64,000 nucleotides of DNA. It comes from an uncultured Trueperaceae bacterium (GTDB taxonomy: Bacteria; Deinococcota; Deinococci; Deinococcales; Trueperaceae). Position 1 is the first letter of the stretch. Each line of letters begins with the position of its first letter. The stretch is from assembly GCA_963815215.1 (NCBI GenBank), contig CAWFFU010000011.1, positions 576,001-640,000 on the forward strand. Reading direction: 5' to 3'. This document shows, one piece after another, positions 40,048 through 50,699 of the stretch. Below the pieces are notes generated by a model. It was not told where the DNA came from and ran no database searches. It was given only the letters and a program-made list of their open reading frames with translations. The translations under genes and the position numbers were made by a program.

Positions 40048-40896
40048 TCAGGTCCGGCCGCGCGGGTCGAGCACGTCCCGCAACCCGTCGCCGAGCAGGT
40101 TGAAGGCCAGCACCGTGAGCAGGATGGCGATGGCGGGCGCCGACGAGGCCCAGGGCGCCTCGTTGATGTAGTTGCGGGTCTCCGAGACGATCGCCCCCCA
40201 CTCGGGCGTCGGCGGCTGTGCGCCGAAGCCGATGAACCCCAGCCCGGCGGCGGTCAGGATGGCGCTGCCGATGTCGAAGCTCGCCTGCACCAGCAGCGGC
40301 GTCACCGTGTTGGGCAGCACGTGCAGGAACGCTTGACGGAAGCGCGCCGCGCCCAGGGCTCGTGACGCCTCCACGTAGTCGAGGGTCCGCACCGCCAGCA
40401 CCTGCGCTCGCAGCAAGCGGGCGTAGTTGGGCCACGACACGGCCGCCACCGCGATCATCACGTTCCCCAGGCTGGGGCCAAGCGCGGCCGAGATCGCCAT
40501 GGCCAGGATCAGCGCCGGGAACGCCAGGAAGATGTCGGTGACGCGCATCAGCAGCTCGTCCCAGAACCCCCCCACCATGCCGGCGAGGAGCCCTACCGAG
40601 CCCCCCACGAACAGCGACACCGCCACCACGACGAAGCCGATGCGCAGGCTGATGCGCGAGCCCCACACCACCCGCGCCCACACGTCGCGGCCGAGCTGGT
40701 CGGTGCCGAACCAGTGCTGGGCGCTGGGTCCCTGCAGCCGCTCCGCCAGGTTCTGGTGCAACGGGCTGCCGGCCAGAACCGGCGCCAGCAGCGCCACCAG
40801 GATCAGCGCCAACGATAGGCCGGTACCGATCACGGTCCCCGGGTTGCGCAGGAAGCGACGGGCCGGCTTGCTGCGGAGGAAAGCGGGGGCGGTCAT
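40048..40896 (-). CDS. Peptide/nickel ABC permease (DppC/DdpC-like)
   Basis: HWFGTDQLGRD, YVEASRALGA, FNLLGDGLRDVLDPR. Confidence 0.92.
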   Translation of the reverse strand: MTAPAFLRSKPARRFLRNPGTVIGTGLSLALILVALLAPVLAGSPLHQNLAERLQGPSAQHWFGTDQLGRDVWARVVWGSRISLRIGFVVVAVSLFVGGSVGLLAGMVGGFWDELLMRVTDIFLAFPALILAMAISAALGPSLGNVMIAVAAVSWPNYARLLRAQVLAVRTLDYVEASRALGAARFRQAFLHVLPNTVTPLLVQASFDIGSAILTAAGLGFIGFGAQPPTPEWGAIVSETRNYINEAPWASSAPAIAILLTVLAFNLLGDGLRDVLDPRGRT

Positions 40897-41900
40897 GCGT
40901 AGGTGATACGCGGGTCGAAGACCGCGTAGGAGACGTCGACGAGGAGGTTGATGAAGCTGTACACCAGACCGGCCACCAGGGTGACGCCCATGACCGCCGG
41001 GAAGTCCAATCCGATGGCGCTGGAGGTGGCGTAGGAGCCGAGGCCCGGCCACGAGAAGATGGTCTCGGTGAGCACCGCTCCGGTGAGCAGGCTACCGAGC
41101 AGGCTGCCCATCACGGTGAGTACCGGCAGCGCGGCGTTGCGCAGCGCGTGCTTGAAGGTCACCACCCGGCTCGCCAGCCCCTTGGCGCGGGCCGTACGGA
41201 CGTAGTCCTGCGACAGCACCTCGAGCATGGCGCTGCGCACCATGCGGGCCAGCAGCGCGGTGGAGAACGCGCCCAGCACCGCGGCCGGCAGGATGAGGTG
41301 GCGGACCGCGCTGACGAAGGCCGGCCAGTCGCCGGCGATCGCCGAGTCGACGACGAGCATGCCGGTGACACGGTGGGGCTCGATCAGGTAGGCGTTGAGC
41401 TCACCGGGTCCCGGCAGCCAGCCGAGGCGGGAATGGAACAGCTCCAGCGCCAAAATGGCGAGCCAGTACACGGGCGTGGCCCCCCCGACCAGCGCCAGCG
41501 TGCGCACCGCCAGGTCGACGGGACGGTCCTGATAGAGCGCGGCGATCACCCCCGCCGGCAGGCCGAAGAGGACGGCGAACACCATGGCGCCGAGGGTGAG
41601 CTCGAGCGTCGCGGGGAAGAAATCCCGCAGGTCGGACAAGATAGGCCGCTGCGTGCGCAGCGAGTTCCCGAGGTCGCCCCGGAACAGATCCACCATATAG
41701 CGCAGGTACTGCTGGTAGGCGGGCAGGTCGAGCCCGTACTTGTGCCGGTAGGCCTCGATCTGTGCCGGGCGGGCGTTGCTCCCCAGGGCGGCCGCGGCGG
41801 GGTCGGCGGGGACGATGTGGGAGATGAAGAAGGCGGCGAACCCGACCCCCCAGACGACGAAGATCAGGTAGCCCAGGCGCCTCAGCAGGAACGCGAGCAC
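40893..41900 (-). CDS. Peptide/nickel ABC permease (DppB/DdpB-like)
   Basis: GTG start with GGAGG; VPADP, GDLGNS, DYVRTARAKGL, FSWPGLG, DPRI. Confidence 0.92.
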   Translation of the reverse strand: MLAFLLRRLGYLIFVVWGVGFAAFFISHIVPADPAAAALGSNARPAQIEAYRHKYGLDLPAYQQYLRYMVDLFRGDLGNSLRTQRPILSDLRDFFPATLELTLGAMVFAVLFGLPAGVIAALYQDRPVDLAVRTLALVGGATPVYWLAILALELFHSRLGWLPGPGELNAYLIEPHRVTGMLVVDSAIAGDWPAFVSAVRHLILPAAVLGAFSTALLARMVRSAMLEVLSQDYVRTARAKGLASRVVTFKHALRNAALPVLTVMGSLLGSLLTGAVLTETIFSWPGLGSYATSSAIGLDFPAVMGVTLVAGLVYSFINLLVDVSYAVFDPRITYA

Positions 41901-41924
41901 GGCGCCTCCGAGGGGACAGCGGGC

Positions 41925-41955
41925 GCGTGGGAGGGGCCGATGGCCCCTCCCACGC
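41925..41955 (-). terminator. Intercistronic hairpin after the SBP gene
   Basis: 14-bp perfect stem GCGTGGGAGGGGCC-GAT-GGCCCCTCCCACGC. Confidence 0.65.
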
Positions 41956-41979
41956 AGATCCCGCGAAGAGCGCTGAACC

Positions 41980-43566
41980 TCAAGGCTGCTTGCTGATGGC
42001 CGTGTAGTCGACGTCACCCTGCGCGCTGCGCGCGAAGCCGTCCACCTTGGCGGTGGTCACGATCGGCACGTTCGGCTGGTAGAGGATGGCGTAGGGACCG
42101 TTCTGCGCGACGTACTTGGTCAGCTGGGCGTAGAGTGCCTGGCGCTGCGCCGGGTCGGTGCTGGCCGCCGCCTCGGTCGCCAGCTTGGTGCCCTCGGCGT
42201 TGTTCCAGACGTTGCGCCATGCCAGCGACTTGGCGTTGTAGTCCGCCAGCGGGCTGGCGTTACCGTTCGGGTCCGGGTAGTCCGGGCTCCACGCCGCCAG
42301 CACCAGCTGCGCGGCCTGCTGCCGGTAGATGGTGTAGAGCTGGGCGCTGGTGGTCTGCTTGATGTTGGTGGTGATGCCGATCTTCGCCAGATCGGACTGG
42401 ATCTTCGCGGCCAGGTCGGCACAGGGCACACCGCCGGAGCAGGCGCCGGTGGCGATCAGGAACTCGACGGTCATGCCGCCGGACTTGCCCGCCTCGGCCA
42501 TGAGCTGCTTGGCCTTCTCGATGTCGTGCGTGTAGTACTGGGTGGTGTCGGCGCCCATCAGGCCGTAAGGGATGATGGTCTGCATCTTGCGCCCGAGGCC
42601 AGCCAGCAGGTCGTTGATGATGCCGTCCTGGTCGATGGCGTAGCGCACCGCGTCGCGCACGCGGTTGTCCGCGAAGGGCGCGCCTGGGCCGGAGTTCATC
42701 CCCAGGTAGGCCATCTGGAAGGTGTCGGTCTTGAGCGTCTTGAGGTTGGGATTGCTCTCGGCCTGCTTGAAGGCGTCGGGCGTGAAGTTGTAGGCGACGT
42801 CGATCTCACCGGAGGTGATGGCGGCGCGCTGGGCGTTCGACTCCTGCATGTAGCGCAGGATGACGCGCTTGATCGAGCCGGGGTTCGGGTACTCGGGGTT
42901 GGCCGTGAGGATCACCTGCGAGCCACGATCCCAACGGTCGAGCATGTAGGGGCCCGAGCCGGCCGAGTGGTCGTTGAGCCACTTCTGGCCGTAGTCGTTG
43001 CCTTCGATGTGCTTCTTCACCTCGGTGGCGTCCATGATGCCGCCGACGTTGAAGGTCAGCATGTTGAGGATGATCTGCGGGTTGACGCCTTTGGGCAGGG
43101 TGAGCTGCACCGTCTTGTCGTCGAGCGCCTTGGTGGAGCCCACCTTCATGCCGGCCACGTCGGTGAACAGGAAGGCAGACGGGCCGTTGATCTGGATGAC
43201 GCGGTCGAACGACCACACCACGTCGGCGGCCGTGACCGGCCGGCCGGTGGAGAACTTGGCGTCCTTGAGGTGGAAGGTGATGGTGCTGCCGCCGTCCGCG
43301 GTGGTGGCGATGTCCCAACTGCTGGCCAGGCCCGGAACGACCTTCGACAGATCGGTGCCGGCGAACTGCACCAGGCGCTCGTAGATGTTGTCGTCGATGG
43401 GCGTCGAGGAGAACTCGTAGGCGACGCCGGGATCGAGGGTGATGAGGTCGGTCCAGTCACCGCCGATGACGAGCGTCTGCTGCTGCGCGGACTGCGCGGC
43501 ACCGAAGCTGAAGAGCGTCGCAACGAGGGCGATGAGGATCGTCCAGAGGACTCGGGGTCTTCCCAT
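41980..43566 (-). CDS. Peptide/nickel-type (family 5) ABC substrate-binding protein
   Basis: Signal peptide; TLDP, IYERLV, PGLASSW, GSGPY, WSPDYPDP. Confidence 0.92.
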   Translation of the reverse strand: MGRPRVLWTILIALVATLFSFGAAQSAQQQTLVIGGDWTDLITLDPGVAYEFSSTPIDDNIYERLVQFAGTDLSKVVPGLASSWDIATTADGGSTITFHLKDAKFSTGRPVTAADVVWSFDRVIQINGPSAFLFTDVAGMKVGSTKALDDKTVQLTLPKGVNPQIILNMLTFNVGGIMDATEVKKHIEGNDYGQKWLNDHSAGSGPYMLDRWDRGSQVILTANPEYPNPGSIKRVILRYMQESNAQRAAITSGEIDVAYNFTPDAFKQAESNPNLKTLKTDTFQMAYLGMNSGPGAPFADNRVRDAVRYAIDQDGIINDLLAGLGRKMQTIIPYGLMGADTTQYYTHDIEKAKQLMAEAGKSGGMTVEFLIATGACSGGVPCADLAAKIQSDLAKIGITTNIKQTTSAQLYTIYRQQAAQLVLAAWSPDYPDPNGNASPLADYNAKSLAWRNVWNNAEGTKLATEAAASTDPAQRQALYAQLTKYVAQNGPYAILYQPNVPIVTTAKVDGFARSAQGDVDYTAISKQP

Positions 43567-43760
43567 GTTTTCTCCCAACAGAGCGTGAAGTCTGACCATC
43601 TTACCCGAAGCGCAGGGGCCCACGGCCGCGCCGCGCCTGCTTCCCTGCCCGCCTCGGCCGACCGCGCGGCGACCACGGCGTCGTTGCTCGTCCCCCCTTT
43701 CAGGGCGCATAAGTACTCGCTACCTTAACAGAAGTTGCAGCGCCTCGGGTCGCGGCAGCG

Positions 43761-44800
43761 CTACCGGTCGGCGGTCCAGTCCAGGATGACCTTCCCCGAC
43801 CGCCCCGAGCGCATGGTGTCGAAGGCCTTCTGGAAGTCGTCCGCGGCGAAGCGGTGGGTGATGACGGGCGCCAGGTCGAGCCCTGCCTGCAGCATGGCGG
43901 CCATCTTGTACCAGGTGTCGAACATCTCGCGACCGTAGATGCCGCGGATCTCGAGCCCCTTGAAGATGACGCGGTTCCAGTCGATCGCGATGGTCTGATC
44001 CGGGATGCCCAGCAGCGCGATCTTGCCGCCGTGGTTGATCGAGCCCAGGATCTGCTCGAAGGCGCCCGGCGCCCCCGACATCTCCAGCACCACGTCGAAG
44101 CCCTCCGTCATGCCCAGCTCGGCCATCACGTCGTTCAGGTCGGTGCCGGGCCGGGACACGTCGACCGCCCGGTCGACCGCCCCCATGCGCTCCGCCATGG
44201 CGAGCCGCTCCGGGTTGACGTCGGTGATGACGACGTAGCGGGCGCCCACGAAGCGCGCCACCGCCGCCGCCATCTGGCCGATCGGGCCCGCGCCGGTCAC
44301 CAGCACGTCCTCCCCCACCAGCGGGAAGGCCAGCGCGGTGTGCACGGCGTTGCCGAACGGGTCCAGGATGGCCGCCCAATCATCGGGGATGCCGCTCGGC
44401 ACCTTGAAGGCATTCCCCGCCGGGAGCACGAAGCGCTCGGCGAACGCGCCGGGACGGTCGACGCCGACGCCCTGGGTGTTGCGGCACAAGTGGCGGCGGC
44501 CGGCCCGGCAGTTGCGGCAATGACCGCAGGTGATGTGGCCCTCGCCGGACACGCGGTCGCCGGGGGCGTAGCCCTGCACCTCCGAACCGACCGCCTCGAC
44601 CACCCCCACGTACTCGTGCCCGGTGATCATGGGGACCGGGACGGTACGCCGGGACCAGGCGTCCCAGTTGTAGATGTGCACGTCGGTGCCGCAGATGGAG
44701 GTGTGGGTGATGCCGATGAGCAGGTCGTTGGGCCCCATCTCCGGCTCGGGCGCGTCGATCATCCACATGCCCTCGCGCGGCTCGAGCTTCGCCAGCGCCT

Positions 44801-44804
<4 letters not shown>
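43761..44804 (-). CDS. tdh: L-threonine 3-dehydrogenase
   Basis: [54 protein letters not shown]. Confidence 0.96.
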
Positions 44805-45994
<1,190 letters not shown>

Positions 45995-46432
45995 GACTGC
46001 TCCTCCCGGCATGGGGCCAGGCGAGGCGCACGCCCCCGCTCTCGCGCAGGATCCCCTTTCCACGCTACCGCGCCACCCGGCGCTGCGCGCGAGAACGCCC
46101 CATCCGTTGCGTCAGGCAACCACGGAGTCATCGACCCCAGCCACGATCCGGCCGGCCGCCGGCCGGGCCCGCCCACGACCCTGGTGTGACGCGAGAGAGC
46201 CCGTCAGGCACGTCTCATGCTACCGTCGTGGTCAGCGATACGAAGCGCCGAACCGATCGGTCGCGCCCTTACTCGTTCCCGTTCCATCTTCATGGCCGAA
46301 GCACGCACACGGCGTTCGATCGCGATCTCCGGTTCGTCGCCCGCGAGCCGCATCGTGGCGTAGCTGCACCCCGCCGCTGAACCCCACCACGCTGCCGCCC
46401 CCGGACCCGAACTCCGAAGCGAGGGGCCGTAC

Positions 46433-46630
46433 ATGAACTGGGATCAGATCCAAGGCAAGTGGAAACAGTTCACCGGGGAAGTCCAATCCAACTGGGGCAA
46501 GCTCACGAACGACGACCTCCAGGAGGTCAAGGGCGACCGCACCAAGCTCGCCGGCAAGCTCCAGGAACGCTATGGCGTCGGCAAGGAGGAAGCGGACCGT
46601 CAGATCGACCACTGGCTGAAGAAGCACTGA
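46433..46630 (+). CDS. CsbD family general stress protein (YjbJ-like)
   Basis: MNWDQIQGKWKQ..G...WGKLTNDD...GKLQERYG. Confidence 0.93.
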   Translation: MNWDQIQGKWKQFTGEVQSNWGKLTNDDLQEVKGDRTKLAGKLQERYGVGKEEADRQIDHWLKKH

Positions 46631-46905
46631 CGGCCGGCTCGCCGGGGGACGCACGGCGCGCCCTCGGTCGGCGCCCCGCCTCGCTTCCCACGTCACTTCG
46701 CACCCATGGGGCCGATGCTACCGTCGAAAGGTACGAAGCCGACCCAGCCCGGGTCGCCCGGGTCTGGTGTCGGTACCCGCCGGGCACCCGATCGGGCGAC
46801 GGTGCGGGCCGCTGGGTTGGGGCCCGCACCGCGACCAGAAGTGCGCGGTCGCTCGGTCCCGCAGAAGCGCAGCAACGTCCCAGCCCACAGAAGGCAGGTG
46901 ATCTG

Positions 46906-47223
46906 ATGGCACAGACGACCGATGTCCAACAGGAGATCGACAGCATCAAGGCCGATCTGAAGTCCCTGAAAGACGACCTCTCCGAGCTATCGAAGGCGAG
47001 TGGCAAGGCGGCAGGTGACAGCGTGCAGGCCGCTCGCGATGCCCTCCGCGAAGAGGCCGACAAGCTCATCGAGCGCTTGAAGAAGTCCGCTTCGACCGTG
47101 CAGGAGGAGGGCGAGCACGTCGCCAGTCAGGTACGTGACGAGGTCGCCGAGAAGCCGCTCCCCACGCTGTTGACCGCTTTCGGGGTCGGCGCGCTGGTGG
47201 GGTGGCTGGTCTCGCGCAAGTAG
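46906..47223 (+). CDS. DUF883/ElaB/YqjD family tail-anchored protein
   Basis: Coiled acidic N-terminus; C-terminal P-x-TM (EKPLPTLLTAFGVGALVGWL) plus basic tail. Confidence 0.8.
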   Translation: MAQTTDVQQEIDSIKADLKSLKDDLSELSKASGKAAGDSVQAARDALREEADKLIERLKKSASTVQEEGEHVASQVRDEVAEKPLPTLLTAFGVGALVGWLVSRK

Positions 47224-47502
47224 ATGCGCGCGGCCTTCGCCGACGTGCTCGTCGCGGCGCTCGAGCTGCTGGAGGCCGAGGCGCGCAGCGCCCGTAAGGG
47301 CCTGACGCGCATGGCCGGCGCCGTCGTGCTGCTGGCAGCCGCCGGACTCCTCGCGCTCGGCGCCGCCGTGTTGCTGGCCTGGGCGCTGTTGACGGCGCTC
47401 TATCCGGTGATGACGCCACCCCTGGCGCGCCTGCTCACGGGGTTCGGCGTCCTGATCGCCTCGGGAGGTCTCCTATGGGCCGCCACCCGCATGAGCCGCT
47501 GA
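47224..47502 (+). CDS. Small two-TM membrane protein (YqjE-like)
   Basis: LELLEAE followed by two hydrophobic helices; directly after the DUF883 gene. Confidence 0.65.
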   Translation: MRAAFADVLVAALELLEAEARSARKGLTRMAGAVVLLAAAGLLALGAAVLLAWALLTALYPVMTPPLARLLTGFGVLIASGGLLWAATRMSR

Positions 47503-47711
47503 GCGTCGCAGACGCCAAGGCGCGTCTTCGTCGGGCGGCGGCTGGGGGCGCCACGAGCCCCGGCGAGACCGCCCTAGCCGGCGTGCGCCTGTTCGCTCGC
47601 ACCCGCCCCTGGGCCGCGCTGGGTGCGGCCCTGGCCGCGGGCGTCGTAGTAGGCGCATCGAAACGCGCCCGCGCAGAACTCCCTCGACTGCTGCTACGCC
47701 TCGTCGGCTGA
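47475..47711 (+). CDS. Small membrane protein (YqjK-like position), hypothetical
   Basis: KARLR, RPWAALGAALAAGVVVG hydrophobic segment; third gene of the ElaB-like triplet. Confidence 0.55.
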   Translation: MGRHPHEPLSVADAKARLRRAAAGGATSPGETALAGVRLFARTRPWAALGAALAAGVVVGASKRARAELPRLLLRLVG

Positions 47712-47721
47712 CCCGCCGGCG

Positions 47722-50145
47722 TCACTCGCCGTACGGCACCCAGATGTTCTTCACGTGCGTCGCGCGCCGCAGGTACTCTCGGCCCTCGCCCTGCTCGGGA
47801 TCGAACCAATCCCGCCTCTTGCCGGAGTTGACCCAGGTGGCCTTGAGGTTGTCGGCGCTCTCACGCTCCACCGCCGTCGACCCGTCGGCCGAGCCCACGT
47901 ACCACATCGCCGCCACGTCGGCGTGCTTCGCGAGCACCGCCGCGAGCTCGTCACGATCGCCGGTGACGATGTTGAGGGCCCCGGCGGGGAGATCGCTCGT
48001 GTCCATCACCTGATAGAAGTCGGTGGCGGCCAGCGGCCAGCGCGACGACGGGACCGCCACGACGCGGTTGCCCATCGCCAGCGACGGGGCCACGAGCGAC
48101 ACGAACGCCAGCAGTGGAGCCTCGTCGGGACACGCCACCGCCATCACGCCCCACGGCTCGGGCATGGCGAGCGTCACGTTGCGCAGCGGCGTGGCGTGTA
48201 CGGCACCGTCGTACTTATCGGCATGGGCGGCGTACGTGAACAGCCGCTGCACGCTCGCCGCGACCTCCCGCTCGGCGTCGGCCTTGCGGGCGCCGGTCAT
48301 CGCCCGCAGCCGGGCGGCGAACTCGGCGCCGCGCGCCTCCAGGTTCTCGGCCAGGTAGTACAGAACCTGCGCCCGGTTGTGCGCCGTCGCCTTGGTCCAG
48401 GCCGTCCCCTTGCGTGCCGCCTCGACGGCGTTGCGCACGTCCTTGCGGTTGCCGAGCGGGGCCTCGCCCAGGTGCGCGCCGTCGGCGCCGAGCACCGGGT
48501 AGCTGTAGGCCCCGTCGGGCCGGGTCTGCTTGCCGCCGATGTAGAGCTTGGCGGTACGGTCGATCGCACCCTCCCCGAGCGGCGCCCCCTCGCCCAGCGC
48601 GGCCCCGTCGGGGACGCCGCTCGGCGCTTCTCGGTAGGGCTCGAGCCGCGCCTCCCAGCTAGGCTTGAGGTACTCGTACATCCCCTCGCGCCCGCCCTCG
48701 CGCCCGTAGCCCGACTCGCGGTAGCCGCCGAAGCCGCTGGCCGCGTCGAAGACGTTGGTGCAGTTCACCCACACCACCCCGGCCGCCAGCTTGGGCGCGA
48801 CGTCGAGCGCCAGGTTGACGTTCTCCGTCCACACGCTCGCCGCCAGCCCGTAGCGGGTGTTGTTGGCCAGCTCCACGGCCTCGGCCGGCGTGCGGAAGGT
48901 CATGCTCACGATGACGGGGCCGAAGATCTCCTCCTGCGCTGCGGCCGACGAGGGTGCCACCTCGCTGAACAGCGTCGGTGGGAAGTACAGGCCACCGCCG
49001 TTGGAGACCTCCGCGGCCCAGGAGGGCTGATAGCAGCGTCCGCCCTCGGCCTTGCACTGCTCCACCAGCCGGGTGATCTTGTCGAGCTGCACCGGCGCGA
49101 TGATGGCGCCGATGTCCATGGCCTTGTCCAGCGACGGCCCCTCGCGGAGCGTCTCCATGCGGGCGCGCAGCTTCTCCTCCACGGCCGCGGCCACGCTCTC
49201 CTGCACCAGCAGCCGGCTACCGGCGCAGCACACCTCGCCCTGGTTGAACCAGATGGCGTCGACCACACCCTCCACCGCGCTGTCCAGATCGGCGTCGTCG
49301 AACACGATGAAGGGGCTCTTGCCGCCCAGCTCCAGCGACAGCTTCAACCCGCGACCGGCCGTCGCCTGCCGGATGATGCGCCCCACCTCGGTGGAGCCGG
49401 TGAACGCCACCTTCGCCAGGCCCTCGTGCGCCACCAGCGCCGCGCCGGTGCGGCCGTCGCCCGTCACCACGTTGAGCACACCTTCGGGCAGCCCCGCCTC
49501 GGCGGCCATCTCCGCGAAGGCGAGCGCCGTGAGCGGCGTGAACTCGGCCGGCTTGAGCACCACCGTATTGCCCGCCGCCAGCGCCGGCGCCACCTTCCAC
49601 GCCAGCATCAGCAGCGGGAAGTTCCAGGGGATGATCTGACCGCACACGCCGACCGGCTCGTAGCCGGCGAACTCGGAGTCGCGGAGCTGCGCCCAGCCGG
49701 CGTGGTGGTAGAAGTGGCGCGCCACCAGGGGGATGTCGATGTCGCGCGTCTCGCGGATGGTCTTGCCGTTGTCGAGCGCTTCCAGCACCGCCAGCAGGCG
49801 CGCGTGCTTCTGCACGTGGCGCGCCAGCGCGTACAGGTGCCGAGAGCGCGCGAAGGGCGTCAGCGCCTGCCACGCCGGCAGCGCCTCCTGCGCCGCACGC
49901 ACGGCGGCGTCGACGTCCGCTGCGCCGCCCTGCGCCACCTGCGCCAGCTCGGCGCCGTCGCCGGGGTGCGTCGTCGCGAAGCGCGCGCCGTCGACGGGAT
50001 CGACGAAGCGCCCGCCGACGAAGTGGCCGAAGCTGCGCTCGTGGCGCTCTAGCCAGGCCTGCGCCAGCTCCGCGCTCTCCGGCGCCGGACCGTACTCCAT
50101 GCTCTCGAAGATCGCCTTGACCGACGGTGTCGCGGTGCTGCTCAT
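47722..50145 (-). CDS. Aldehyde dehydrogenase with a duplicated C-terminal domain (ALDH16-like)
   Basis: MEYGPAPE, IIPWNFP, FTGST, LELGGKSP, NQGEVCCAG, EEIFGP; second half RTAKLYIGGKQ.RPD...KNIWVPYGE. Confidence 0.92.
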   Translation of the reverse strand: MSSTATPSVKAIFESMEYGPAPESAELAQAWLERHERSFGHFVGGRFVDPVDGARFATTHPGDGAELAQVAQGGAADVDAAVRAAQEALPAWQALTPFARSRHLYALARHVQKHARLLAVLEALDNGKTIRETRDIDIPLVARHFYHHAGWAQLRDSEFAGYEPVGVCGQIIPWNFPLLMLAWKVAPALAAGNTVVLKPAEFTPLTALAFAEMAAEAGLPEGVLNVVTGDGRTGAALVAHEGLAKVAFTGSTEVGRIIRQATAGRGLKLSLELGGKSPFIVFDDADLDSAVEGVVDAIWFNQGEVCCAGSRLLVQESVAAAVEEKLRARMETLREGPSLDKAMDIGAIIAPVQLDKITRLVEQCKAEGGRCYQPSWAAEVSNGGGLYFPPTLFSEVAPSSAAAQEEIFGPVIVSMTFRTPAEAVELANNTRYGLAASVWTENVNLALDVAPKLAAGVVWVNCTNVFDAASGFGGYRESGYGREGGREGMYEYLKPSWEARLEPYREAPSGVPDGAALGEGAPLGEGAIDRTAKLYIGGKQTRPDGAYSYPVLGADGAHLGEAPLGNRKDVRNAVEAARKGTAWTKATAHNRAQVLYYLAENLEARGAEFAARLRAMTGARKADAEREVAASVQRLFTYAAHADKYDGAVHATPLRNVTLAMPEPWGVMAVACPDEAPLLAFVSLVAPSLAMGNRVVAVPSSRWPLAATDFYQVMDTSDLPAGALNIVTGDRDELAAVLAKHADVAAMWYVGSADGSTAVERESADNLKATWVNSGKRRDWFDPEQGEGREYLRRATHVKNIWVPYGE

Positions 50146-50699
50146 GCGCTACGCTCCTGACGCTGCCATTCGCTGCGAAGCAGGCCGAACACCTCCAGGT
50201 CGGCGGGTTCGCCGCCGCCGGCCGGGTGCACCGCGCGCAGCGTGCCCTCGTGTCGGAACCCCAGCCGCTCGGCGACCCGGCGGCTGGGGAGGTTGTCCGG
50301 CTGGCATCGGATCTCCACCCGGTTGAGGCCGTACTCCTCGAACATGACCCGGGTGAGGCCGGCCACCGCTCGGGTGACGATGCCGCGACCGCTGGCGCGG
50401 CGCGCGATCCAGTAGCCGAACTCGGTGCGCCCCACCACGCGGTCGAGGTAGTGCACGCCGAGCATGCCCACCAGCTCGCCGTCCAGCCATAGCCCCGTCT
50501 CGAAACCGTTGCCGCGGGAGAACTTCTCCAGCGCCCCCCGCAGGAAGGCCCGCACCGCGGACTCGTCGGTGGTGAGCGCCCACGGCAGGAAATGGCCCAG
50601 GTGCTCGCGGTTCTCCGCCACCAGGGCCGCCAGCAGGGGCGCGTGGCGCTCCTCGAGCAACGCCAGGGCGAGCGAATCGTCGAGCGGTAGACGGAACAT
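50142..50699 (-). CDS. GNAT family N-acetyltransferase (RimL/RimJ-like)
   Basis: NREHL..FLPW, EFGYWI, GRGIVT, NRVEIRC..DN.PSRRVAERLGF..EG. Confidence 0.9.
   Translation of the reverse strand: MFRLPLDDSLALALLEERHAPLLAALVAENREHLGHFLPWALTTDESAVRAFLRGALEKFSRGNGFETGLWLDGELVGMLGVHYLDRVVGRTEFGYWIARRASGRGIVTRAVAGLTRVMFEEYGLNRVEIRCQPDNLPSRRVAERLGFRHEGTLRAVHPAGGGEPADLEVFGLLRSEWQRQERSA

Noticed and set aside
46005..46140. Known riboswitch or T-box upstream of kbl
   Set aside because: GGGTGG is not followed by NACC, and the ZTP and glycine consensus cores are missing; kept only as an unassigned structure.
47224..47502. Two-TM protein as a phage holin or prophage sign
   Set aside because: The context is an ElaB/YqjE-like stress cluster; no endolysin or other phage genes are present.
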